Positions 26,880 to 38,559 of a stretch of DNA of 64,000 nt are shown here, piece by piece. A program made the position numbers and the translations under genes. Position 1 is the stretch's first letter; the number at the start of each line of letters is the position of its first letter. This DNA comes from Raillietiella orientalis (taxonomy: Eukaryota): NCBI GenBank assembly GCA_036172245.1, contig JAYWIR010000016.1, positions 1,674,001 through 1,738,000 of the forward strand. The letters run 5' to 3'. The notes under the pieces were generated by a model, which worked only from the letters and a program-made list of their open reading frames with translations, had not been told where the DNA came from and did not search any database.

Positions 26880-28720
26880 AGGCGTTGATTATAAAGCAAT
26901 AAACATACAAGTCTGGGGCCGTCGGCCCTACTTCGTTGGAAAATGTTCGGAACCTGTTGCGTAACCGGCACGCAGGCCGGCGAGGTTCGCCTCTGCAGCG
27001 GAGGGGGAGGAGAAGAACAGAAATAAGAATAAAAACAAAAACACGATGCACAAAAAACTGGAAGGGTTAAGAAAGGGATCACCGCTCGATGGAGGGCACC
27101 CTCTGCATCCTTTCCAGGATGTTGGCAAGTTCCATTCGAGTATGCCCCAGGTGGGTCCATCTTACTGCAGTTCTCATGAAGTGCAGGGTGAAGCAGATGG
27201 AGTCCCTATCTCGCCGCCCTCCACTCGCGTAGTTCCAGGCCTCTGCCAGAATCCCACTCAGGCAGCAAAGATCTGCTAGGGATGTGGCAGGAGAAAGGGC
27301 ATCGCGCACGAAGAGGCGCTTCATCACGTCCCTGGAATTGTCCGTTGGTGCACCAAGGGCCCTTGCGTAACGCAACCACAGGGGCCGGAGGGCAACACAG
27401 TGTACAAGCAGGTGCAGAAGGATTTCCGTTCCCTACACCTGCAATAGTTGGGGTCCACAGCCCGCTGGGTCCGGTGAGACCGACGGGCGTTTCAGGGGAT
27501 ACCCTAGTGCAACAGCAAAAGTGCCGACTCCTGCCAATTCAGGGGGAGGATCCGGTTGTTCTTCAGCGCTGGGGGCCACTCGAGGTCTTCCTGTAGGATT
27601 TCCAGCAACTCACCCCAGCTCAGCTGTCCCTTTGGTGGGGTATTTGGGGTCGCTGCGTCCGTAAGCTGGCCCGTGGTTCAACCACCTAATTCCTTCGTCC
27701 GAAGACCGATCTCGCAACTGACCTCCCATTTGGCCTGCTGGTTACTGCCCTGGTGCTCTCTGAGAGAGGGCAGTGCCGCTGCTAGGGATGTTCTTTGCGT
27801 CCACGCACACGTGGTGGGCTGCACGATGACGTCCTCCAGCGAGCGGTTGCTGTAGGAGTGCAGCAGTCTCCGCCGCATCTCTGGGCTCGCTTGGTTTTTC
27901 TTGGCGACCGGCTTCCTACAACCAGGCACTACCGTTCGCAGGCCGGCATGAGGTTCAGTTGTTGGTCCTGGTTAGCTTGGCCACTCTCCGGAGCGAGTGG
28001 TCGTTCCAGTTTGCAGCTGGACACGAGGCCTCGGCGCTGCCGCGCCAGGAACGAAACAGTCCCGCGTAGCCGCTGGCTCGCTTGACAGGAATCGTGTAGG
28101 CCCGCACCAGTTCGTGCCCCATAACTCCGTCACTAGGGCGAGTGTCCGCCGTTGGAGCTGCCTCTCCAGGCCTCCAGCGTCAGAAGGCCGAGGTCTTCGT
28201 CGCGACTCGGAGCGCACAAGCTCTTCGAGAGGACTCGGAACCTCCCTGTGCCCCACAGGGAGATTAGAGTGAATTGGATTCCCATTTATACTGGAGATGA
28301 GGGGCGCACTGGGCCGAAAGTCCCCTGGACCTAGTCCGATAAAGCCGATCGTGCACAAATCGTCACGGAAAGATTCACGGGCATTTTTACATGTCTTGCC
28401 TCTGCCTCACAGCTGCCAAATAACCTCGGGGAAGCAATTGAGTCTTGTGGACGGCAGCAGCTTCCTCACTCTCACTTGCATGCCACAACCCTCTGCGGGA
28501 ACCACTCCGCCAGAACATAAAGGGGATGTTCCATAGAATTTTGGGATTTCTTTCAGCATCTTGTAAATCAAAGCCAAGGCTTGATTAGTTGATTCAAAAA
28601 GATGTGAAAAGTCCCCCTCGGGGGTAGTTTGGGTATCCAATCTAGGAATGCGTAATCCCAAACTGGGGCTTAACGCCAAGGTCTTATCGATTTTCCTGCT
28701 CATTACTTCGCACCTGCTAT
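26880..28720 (-). mobile_element. L1/Tx1-like LINE 3' half, related to the 1690-2583 element
   Basis: SLGLRIPRL (cf. GGLGIP.L), PNYCRCRERKSFCTC zinc-finger remnant, homologous 3' UTR. Confidence 0.7.
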
Positions 28721-29699
28721 CCTGTCTTCAGCATCTTGCCTCATCCCGTATGGAAATGGAATGGATTTAGAGTTGCTATTCCTGGGTCGAAGAGCACTTT
28801 CCAGTTGGTGGGGGCCGGATCAGGGCGCAAAATGAGATCCCGTCCCATACGGAGGTGCTCGCGCATGCAAGCGAGCAGTGGATCGACGCTTCGAAAAAGC
28901 TTATCCGGGCGTGAAGAGGTATCTGCTCATGCGCCCTCGCTCTCCACCCAAAACGCCTCCAGTTGGGCTCCCGTAATTAGACTGCTTGAGGTTTGGAAAA
29001 TGAGGTCCCTCCCGTGATCCTGCACCCCGCTTGGTCTTCCGCTGCATTTTTTGCTCACCTTCCTGACTGAGGAAGCTGCTCCTTGTTGGGTGGGTGGCCA
29101 GCTCCAGCGCACAGGCGATCAGAGACACCGTTGGGCGAGCGTTTCTCATCAGTTCGAGCAGACGCCCCGGCAGAACACACGCAGCGACGTTGCCACGCGC
29201 GAAGACACGGAGACTGCCACTGCAGTTGGAATGTCTGTCACTAACACGTTACCTATTGCCAGTCTCCTCCTCCGTAATCTTCCGCTGCTCTTTGTAAGAA
29301 CCAGCTTCTCGCTTGGCTCTCCTTCTCGATTAGAGAAGAGGAAATCGGAAAAGAGGAGAGGAGTGGCAAAATGTGGAGAGGCCACCAACAGCTACGGGAA
29401 GCAATCTTATCCGAGCGGTCACCTCGCTCCGAGATCACTTCTGCTGAGCCTGCAGAGCTCTCTGGTCAGCAGCGACAGGAACAGCGAGACAGAAACACCA
29501 CACCAGTGCGAGAAGAGAATCTGCAGAGAGAATCTGCGAGAGGCATCGGACACCTTCTCCTTCTTTAAGGAAGTCGGGGAGGAGGCAGCGTGCGCCTGTT
29601 GGGAGGGAGATCTAGCTGTGGACTGCGCAGACCCGAATCCTCTGTAGGGGGCGGTGGTGCTCACGACGGGCAATCAAGTGCTCCAGAACTTCTAATTTC

Positions 29700-32400
29700 C
29701 TTACTGTGCTACCTGGCTCACTTTTTTATATCCCAGGAAAATTCGAAAGTTCCAGAACTCGATCCGGAAGGGAAGCGATGGCACTCTGGAGCCTTGTGGG
29801 TTTGAGAGCATAAAAGACAACATAAATCCCCCAACTTCCTCCACAACCATACCGGAAGAACTGCAGGGAAGCCATGCACATGCCTCTTTGCAAAAGCAGG
29901 CGTGATCACCGCCTGCGGGGAGAAAAGACAAGCATTCCGTCCCTGCTACCGCATGAAGTCTTCGTCGAAGTTAGGTGTATGTGTATTTTTTTCGCCTCTC
30001 CAGCGGAAGAAGAGGGAGGCATCGGCAGCGGAATCAGTTTCCTGGTTCCTCTTGCCGCACACTAGCACCACTCTTGGTCACAGATGGCAGGCGTCCTGGA
30101 AGCCCAGCACCCCACTCCTTCCCGTGTCCAGTTCGACGGAGGCAGGTGGGTAGAAACAAGGGCTCTCAGGAAAAGAAGCCGAATCCTTCTGAAGCTCTCA
30201 TCATGCACATGGCCTTCCTGAAGACCTCTTCTTCGTTGCATGGAATCCTCAAGATTCCAGTGGAAAGACCAAGAGAGGAGACTGCTTCAGCCAGATATGC
30301 TCGGATCTTCCCCCTTGGAGAGCAGATCTGTTCTCTGGGTTCCAGAGGGAGGCAGATCCTTTACATTCTGAGCCGAATTCCATAGCAGCCTTCTGAGCAG
30401 TGGGACCACGAAAGGAAAACTCCCAAGTACTGTCATCTACCGTTTCCTAGAAGCAGGATTCTGTTCTCCCGTGCATTCTCTACAGCCGGATTCCCTTCTC
30501 CTCACCTTTCTTTGGAAGTACTGGAAGAAGAAGGACCTAAAGAAAAAAACCTCCTCCCCGGACGTTTCCGGAGCGTAACCGTCCCTGGAGGGGGAAACGA
30601 TGCACTCACGGGTCCATGATCTCCCTTGAAAACCTGAGTTTTCTTCCAACTGTCGGTTTCTCCCCATACAGCTCTTTCGTGTCTGATCATTAGCATCTGG
30701 ACAGCGTTTGCATTCGACACTCCCTGGTCGACTCCTTTGTTCGTGAACAGGCCACCGCGACTTCTGGGAAGAATTCACATTTCCCCTTAGAGGTCATCCC
30801 TGATTGAAGACACGTCCCCTCTTAGCCTTATTCAGTAGCTACGGCAGCCTTCTGACTGCTCCTTATTCTGAATGGAATCGTCTTCCCTCATTTCATCTTA
30901 AACCGACCCTTGAAGTGGTGGTTCCAGAGGAATTCCTGTCTGGGGGTGCACCTACTGATAGCTTTCCCTCCCGCTGTGCACTGAGGGGGGGGGGGGGGGG
31001 TGAACTGCGACCAGGTACACGCGCTGTGTGTGCCAAGTGCAACTCGCAGCTCAAGCGGGGAACCGAATGCTCTAATCTTTTGCTGCTCCCGGGAGAGACT
31101 CATGCACCAAGCGCATCCCCTTGTGATGAGCGTCAGCGGGTGTCGTCGGACAAGCAAATCCATCTTCTACGTAGAAGAAGGGAGTTTAGAGAAATTTCTC
31201 TCCCACGACGAATAGGACCAGAAGTGGGAGGAGTGCAAGGAAGGAGCTCCGTAATCCTGGTGCGGGAGTATCCCTCCGAGTAAGTGAGGGAAAGGGAGCT
31301 GCTTGATTCCATTTGCAGTCGAAAGGTGTTTTCACAACCCCATGCCATCTCGGAAAGAAGGCACGCGAATAGCTGACGAGAGAGCGCAAAGAAGATCCCT
31401 ACTGCCACAGGTGCTAAAGGGATGCAGAGCTGTCTCTCTCTCCCAACCTCAACATACTCTTCGAAAGCGGCAGTCATCTCGAGGGATGCCACGCTGGAAG
31501 GAAACGAACCACTCGCAGAATCGTTCGGAAAGAGCTTCAGGAAAGAGAGAATGGACAAGACAGTCCCTCGAGAAGCTCTGGAGGCTAGTGGGCTTCATTC
31601 CCATCTCAGACGTTTGACAGGATGGGTGAGCAAGGTAGTCCTTCCGGCCCGTTCGCCCTTCAGAAGAGCAGGAGTTTCCTCGTACGGTTTTGCACCTCAG
31701 CTTTCGAAGAGTTTTCTCTGATCCTGAGCAACTGTCTCGGTTTTTTAAGACTTTGTGGACTTGTCCAGGCTCCGGAAGCTCTTTAAAAGGCTTTTCCGGA
31801 GACCTGGTTTCTTAAGATGGATGATGGCGGAGATGGCGTTACGCGGAGGAGGGGCTCCAGAACAATTGGAGAGAATGAATGTTGCTCGATCTGACGTTGC
31901 AGAACCTTCTGGAAGGGAAGTTTCCTGCTTCGGTCAGGCAGCACGTAGCACGTAGACTGTACTGCTGTGCACAGAATGATGCTACACGGTGTAGGCTCCT
32001 GTGGTTGGCAGAACCACCGCGTTTTGAAGACCACAACCATTTCTGTCGTGGCGAATTTTCACAAGTGCATTTGTCTGCAGCTCCCAGAACGATTGGCGTA
32101 CGCGACAGACGTCATCCTATGAAGAAGACATCAGAAACACGGAGCAAACAAGTGGAGTCGCTCCAGCTTTAAGGTGCATATAGGAAGATACACAGCATAG
32201 CGTCTAGACGGTAACTATGGCACACAGAAAACATCTGTCGGGGTATCCAAGGACTTCTGAGACGAAAAAATGAATCTGATTGCACGGAAGCGAATTTGTG
32301 TTCATCCTTGCAGATTGTCCTCATGTAGATCTTCGTGCACAAAGCGTCTTTCGAGAAGATTCTCCAATCTTCCATTCTTCTTCATTAGGTCATCATGAAG
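29700..32400 (-). mobile_element. Scrambled, decayed LINE endonuclease/RT fragments
   Basis: Remnants such as SRPGSV and DANDQ (cf. GVPQGSV, YADD) and SGPIRR (cf. SPGPDG). Confidence 0.4.
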
Positions 32401-33195
32401 AAGAAATTCTTCTTTCTCCCGTTTTCAGCATCGAAACGCCACCCCGATGACTTAACAAGATGTGCTCATGAAATTCATTGCAGCAGCATCCGAGGGGGAA
32501 GTTCATTCTTCGGAGGACGGGCCAGTTATCCGGCGCAACAAAATGGCAGACGCCACTCAGCTGTCTGTATGCTGGTTGGAACCAATCTCTTGATTGGCGG
32601 CAAACCAAGCTTTCGAAAACGCAATCCATCTCACGAAGTCACCTGAAGATTCAGAATACCGAAACCCTCATCAGTCTTATCCCAGAAGGGGATCTTCAGC
32701 CACTTAACGGAAAGACAGTTTCCAGAGTGGTAAATTTGAATTTAGCAGCGCAACTGACCACACGATGAAAAAGTGGGCAGCAAAATTGACATCGCCATTT
32801 ATTTTGCACATGCAAAATAGCAGAAACGTTCGATTTTAGAAAGATAAAAAACGCTGTTCCTGAATACATGTTGTGTAACACAAGTACATTCAGCTGATTA
32901 TTGTTCAATCCAATGTATGTATACGAGTCCGACACTTTTGCACAGAAATACCTACATTATACACATGCGAGTTCCGTTGGTGAGAAGGAATTTAAAATAT
33001 CCTCTGTGAATACCACGAAAGCAGAGAATATTAATAAGCATGCGGCATTCTAGAATGCGGCAAGGGTCAGTGGCGGGCGTAACCAAAATGCGACTTGCGC
33101 AAATGGTTGACATGGGAAGAGGGACACGCAGCAGCAATCCTGCCTGTGGGTTCCCGGTGGCTCCTGTGAATGCAAGAGGAGAAGCTGCGGGATGG

Positions 33196-34131
33196 TACGA
33201 AACGCATTTCTAAAGTAAAGGCCGACCAGATAGAAAGAAAGGACAAGTAGGAGGAACAAAGATGCATTAGTGGTTCGAAACACATCCATCCATGTGTCCC
33301 TTTTCCACGTAGTCACCATTTTCTTCCCCAAGCACTCTCGATAGCTTTTTGGGAACCGTCTGCATCAAAATCCGCCGTCTGGGAGTGGCCAGCCAGTCCG
33401 GTGGCACTGCAGTTTTCCACTCCCCACTTCCCCCCTCGAATCGTGGAGCCACTTCTTGAGGTGCAGGAAGGAGGACGTGGTAGTCACTGGGCAGGACTCT
33501 AAGGTGGGTGATCAGAAAGCTGCCATTTGATTTTCTGGATTGTCTGGAATGTGCGGACAGCAGCAGTGCGTGGGACCAAAAGGGTGTGCTTCTGGTGGAC
33601 TTTATGGAGCCTGGAGCAACCACCACTTCGCAAGGCCGCCGTGTAGAAACACTCTCGAAAGTGCGGCGTGCCATTCAGGACCGACGACGTGGAACGCTGA
33701 GATCAGGAATCGTTCTTCTCCTTCACGACAACGCGCGCCTCGGCGACGCATGCTGTCCCCACATTCCAGACAATCCAGGAATTCAGATGGGAACTTTTTG
33801 ATCACTCAGTCCTGACCCGCTGCCTCGCCTCCTCCCACGTCTTCCTTCCAGAACCTCAAGAAGTGGCTCCACGATTCGAGGGGGGAAGTGGGGAGCTGAA
33901 GGCTGCAGTGCCACCGGACTGGCTGGCCACTCCCAGACGGCGGATTTTGATGCAGACGGTTCCCCAAAAGGCTTCTTCCACGGTATCGAAAGTGTTTGGG
34001 GAGGAAAATGGTGACTACGTGGAAAAGGGACACATGGATGGATGTGTTTCGAACCACTAATGCATCTTTGTTTCTCTTATTTGTCCTTTCTTCATATCCG
34101 ATCCGCCCTTACTTTTGAAATGCTCCTCGTA
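33196..34131 (+). mobile_element. Non-autonomous fold-back mariner (Tc1/mariner) derivative with TA target-site duplication
   Basis: Ends TA-CGAAACGCATTTCTAAAGT and ACTTTTGAAATGCTCCTCG-TA; centre encodes WDQKGVLLVDF...RRAIQDRRRG...VLLLHDNAR; GDYVEK C-terminus present in both arms (~33198-33563 and ~33750-34129). Confidence 0.92.
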
Positions 34132-35459
34132 GAAAGATCGTGGGGATTCAGCACCACGCGGTGTTGGTGGATTTCGTTCCAATGGTCGGAAACGTCTGGA
34201 AGAGCCGGTGGGCGCAGCGTAGGAGACCCATGATGCAATCGGCATTGCTCCCAAGACCCCCACCTGGATACAAGGGGTGTGTTCCTGAAGCAGCGAACGG
34301 GACCATGAGAAAGGGAACAGCGTGGCCGATCTGAAACGCCGAATCCGTCCGTCTTCGGCGGAGGTGGGAGGGTGAGAAGGGAGGGGGGTTATCCACGAAG
34401 AGACCACTCGCCTCCTCGTTGCAGCGTCGGGAGCTTTGCGCTGTTCCTCAACGCTCGCGCATCGACGATGCGGCCTGCATTTTCACTTCGCCTCTGAGAA
34501 ATCATCAGTGAGAATTAAACAGGATGTGCTCTTCATCTTGGGCTCCGAGCTCGTTTCCTCCTGGTAACTTTGAGTCTCCCGGGAGTGAAGCCTTCAAGCT
34601 GCGTCCCCAGTTGGGCTCGCAACCCCTTCGGTTCGAGTCGCTGCACGTCTTTCCTACTGCGGATTCCACTAATCTCTTTTAAATGGATGCTTCTTCCACG
34701 CCGGGATGAGAGTGGCCAGGCTCCTGGACTCGCAGTTCGCGGAGGGGGAGGAGGAGGCACGTGATCTTCCGGCACGCCTGAAGTGACGTTGAAGCGCGGT
34801 TCCTCTGGGCTGAAGGGGAGCCGCTGACTCGGAAACTTTGGGGATTCGCAGGGATCCCCGAAGGCGGTTCGGAGCTCGGGTCGCGGTGCAGCATTCGAAT
34901 CCTTTCCGAAAGTCGGGAAGGGAAGGGATGCTGCTGCAGAGAAAATGCTGCGACTGTGGCTTCTCGAATCGAAGCAACGTAACGGGGATGGAGGAATGAG
35001 ACCTATGTGCTCGGGATGTTAACGAGGTCAGTTCGGTGACGCCGCCCTTCCGTCAATGCCCGGTGGCTCGAGTTCACCAGAAGAGGGAATCGTGGGGCGA
35101 ATTCCTCCATCCGTCTTTCGCCTTCTGCAAACGATCCCGTCGCAGGCAGGTACCCCTTCGAACTTGGCGCTCACGGGTGTCTCATGACTTCCAGAGACGC
35201 CTCGACTTCCTTCGCAGCTCGCTAGAGTGTACCCCTGCATGTTTGAAAGACATGGGACGGCTGGTTTATCTCGCCATTAGGCATGGGAAACCAGGGAACA
35301 CGAAAACAGTCGCACACAACCCTAATTAGTAAGTAGGTTTGCCCGAACGCAAGCTCATATGCTGGGAGCTTCTTCCTGGCATCTTGGACCCTTTTTCCTC
35401 CGTTCCATTAGGCGCTCCCGCGCGCCGGTCGAACGAGCAAAGATGGGAAGGGCCACTCG

Positions 35460-35870
35460 CTGCTAGGTCGGCTCTCTCGAGGTTCCATCAGCCTTGAGTA
35501 CTTCGTCGGGACCACGTGAGTCCATTCCCAGCAGGGAATCGTGGCCTTGGGAGGAAGGAGCTCCGGGGAAGATGCCGTTCAGCAGCAGCACTGGCTCGGC
35601 CTCGTGGGCCGTGCCACCAGGGGGCGTGCAAATGCGGGGGACAGCCGCGTGCGCCGAATGGCCGCACGGCAAGCGGGGCGGTCCGTCTGGTCCTGCGCCA
35701 CAGGGGGGGAAACCAAACGAAGGGGGAGCAAAGGGGGAGGACCCGGGGAATCGAAGCGATAATCTCCCCATCCCCATCCCGCTTCTCTCGTGGAGATTTC
35801 CAGTTCGCCATCCCGCATGGGAAAAGGAGGAAAAAGGGAGAAGAAACTTCCAGAGAGAATGACACGTGAT
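35460..35870 (-). mobile_element. LINE ORF1 zinc-knuckle remnant
   Basis: LPCGHSAHAAVPRICTPPGGTAHEA resembles two degenerate CCHC knuckles. Confidence 0.45.
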
Positions 35871-36627
35871 TCCATCTCGCTGATGGACAGCTTAAGAGAA
35901 GACGCACGGCGCTACCTGAGCAGCAGCATGGGGAAGGAGAGGAGCAGCACATCAGAAGAATGAATCACGGAGCAGCGATGCCGAGAACACCTCCGAGACA
36001 ACACACCCGTCTTGCGGGCTGCTATTTCCTTTTCCATCCTTCCCATAACCCTCTCGGCCCTACTCCGTGTCACTCGTTTTCTTCCTGTAGCATTACGTGG
36101 TCTCTGCAGGAGTTTTTCTTAAGAGCAGGACCTGAGGATGAGCTCGAGCGTCCATGCAAAAACACGCGTGCTGAGTTTTCCTCGATGTCCACGCAACCGC
36201 TCTGTTCAGTTTATCGAATGGCCAAGCTTCCGGCTTACTTGCCTAGCAACGGTTGCCTTTTAATATGCGTGAACCCGTGCCGGTTATCCCTCCCCTCTTT
36301 ATCATGGCTCCGGTCCGGTGTTGCAGCCATGGGTGAGGCTCAAACTACTGTGCGCTCGCGAGAAGAAGGTGGGATCGGGATGAAGGACGCTCTCCGTGAG
36401 GGCCATGAACGCAGAGCAACTCCTGGGGTTCGCCGAGGACTGGGATGGGTGGCCTCTTGCCCGCTCGCGGAGCCCGCTCGGAACTGCCGAATAACTTGAA
36501 TGGTCTGGTGTCAGCTCTCGTGGGCCAGACAGGAGAGTGGGTGAGTATTGATTCCATACGGAAGAGGACGCAGGCACTGGTGAGGACTCACCGATGTCAA
36601 ACAGTGTCTCGCACTAGGGAATTTGAA

Positions 36628-36720
36628 GCCCGAGTTCGCGGTTCGCGTGGCAACGGTCTCCGCGCATGATACCCAGCACTGCGGGTTCGAATCCTCACAT
36701 GGAGGGTGGACGCCGAGAAA
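36628..36720 (+). mobile_element. tRNA-derived SINE-like head
   Basis: Consensus Pol III B box GGTTCGAATCC at 36684-36694 with a weak A-box-like sequence about 35-45 nt upstream; no intact cloverleaf. Confidence 0.5.
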
Positions 36721-37439
36721 TGGACGCGTTGTGGGTATCGGGTGTCCCCTGCAGGATGACGCCGGTTGATCTGTAGGCTTCAGGTGCGACACTGGTGGAA
36801 GCAGCTGGAGACCAGATGCTCCTCTGACCGGCCGGGATTGGAGATTGACCCTCCAGGGTCCTTACAAGACATCAAGGAGACGGTTTTCTTCGTGGTTCCT
36901 CTCCGGCTTTGAAGATGGAGCCGTCTCCCCCCCTTGGGGAAGGGATTTTCCATAGAGCATAGATGGTGGATTGACACATCTCCAGAGTACCAAAGGGCTC
37001 ACTGCTCCCTTCGGGGATGAAGCCTTCAGAGAAATTCAGAAGCGTGCCTTTAGGGTTCTCTTCAGTGGGATGGGGGGAGAGGGAGAATAGGGTAATGGGG
37101 GGAGAGGTTCCCCTGAGAGCTCTCTCCGTAGATGAAATAATGGAGTGGACCCTCCGGGTAGCCCCTCCAGAGGGAATAAGCAAGAAGTTCCCTTCGGGGA
37201 CAACCAGGAAGGAAGGAAGAGCGAAGGTTGAAAGAAGTGCTAGCGTTTGTGATTTCTTGCCTCCTTCCCGCTTCACAGGTGACGTAGCAACGGATACACC
37301 CACACAATTGGCATGGATAGAAGATTCGAGACTGCGGAACGAGTGGCAACCGCAACCCAACTGCTGCGCTACACGGGGAGGTCAAGGGATGATTCGCGAA
37401 GAGAACACCTGAAGTGAGGAAAAATCAAGAGCTTACGTG

Positions 37440-37830
37440 GTTCCAAAACAGCCAGGAAGAGTTTCCGGGAACTCTTTCCCCACAAAAGAAGGAAACCACG
37501 AGGCTATCCCCACGGCCGCCAGCCTCTACGGGATCCGAAACGTAAACCTGCAAGCGGCTAGAGAGGCAGACCGGAGAAGCGACCTGCCACCGCACACTCA
37601 GGACGACTCCCTCACGCTTTACCGTGGAGGAACCCCGAGTGGCTCAAGAACTCCACCCTGGAACGGTAACCTCCAAGGTGAGCTCTGCATGGTTTGCGGA
37701 AACGAAGAAACCCAACTCCACGTGCTCACCTGCCCAACGCTACGCCAAAACCGGAAAACGCCAATGGCGGTGACGAGCCTGAAGAGCAGCACACAACGAT
37801 CGAGATCTGACAGGATCGTTTAAAGGGGCA
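37440..37830 (+). mobile_element. Non-LTR retrotransposon C-terminal CCHC zinc finger
   Basis: LCMVCGNEETQLHVLTCPTLRQ. Confidence 0.65.
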
Positions 37831-38559
37831 ACGTTCCCGGATACAATCCCGTGGCGAGGATAATCATCGCTTTCTTCAGTGCGAGCACTCTGAAAAAAAG
37901 ACCGAAAATGAGAATGATGGCAAGGACAACGCCCGCCATTGATATCCCAAGAGAAATCATCCAGAGAAAGACAGGTGTCCCATCATGGGCGTGTCGTTAC
38001 ATCTTGAAAAAGATTGAGGACACAGCCCAAAGGATTGCCAATAACTCCTACCGACAAAATCCCGTAAAGGTGCTGCACAGAGTTGTGAATGCTGCTGTTT
38101 CGAAGCAAACGTGTACGCATTGTTTTCGTGTACGAGTGGTATATAATCGATTCGCCCCACCACCTGTCGGACCAGGGCAGAATTCCGGCGTGCAGCTCTG
38201 CTTGCGGCTTCCTTCTCTGTCGGTTCGTGGTGGTGCCGTGCAACACACCTTTGAAATGGACTCGTGAAGCTCTTCGATCTCCCTGCGAACCTTCCGGGGG
38301 AGATTTCCCTTCCCTTGCCGGGAAGCTCACGCGCCTTTTGCTGACGGCGCTCGTGAACGCCTCACAAATTCGAAAGAAGCGGTCGCCTCAGCTACCCCAT
38401 CTGCTGTTGCCTCCCCCTCAAGTGTTGCCACGTATCCTACCATTCTCGTCGGACCTTTCTAGAAGAGGATTCTCTTCTCGCCGACGATCCGTTGTGGATG
38501 CCCACTTCCCTTGCTGGTCTAGTTGTCAGCTGTCAGTTGCCGAAAGGTCCTTCGTTCCT

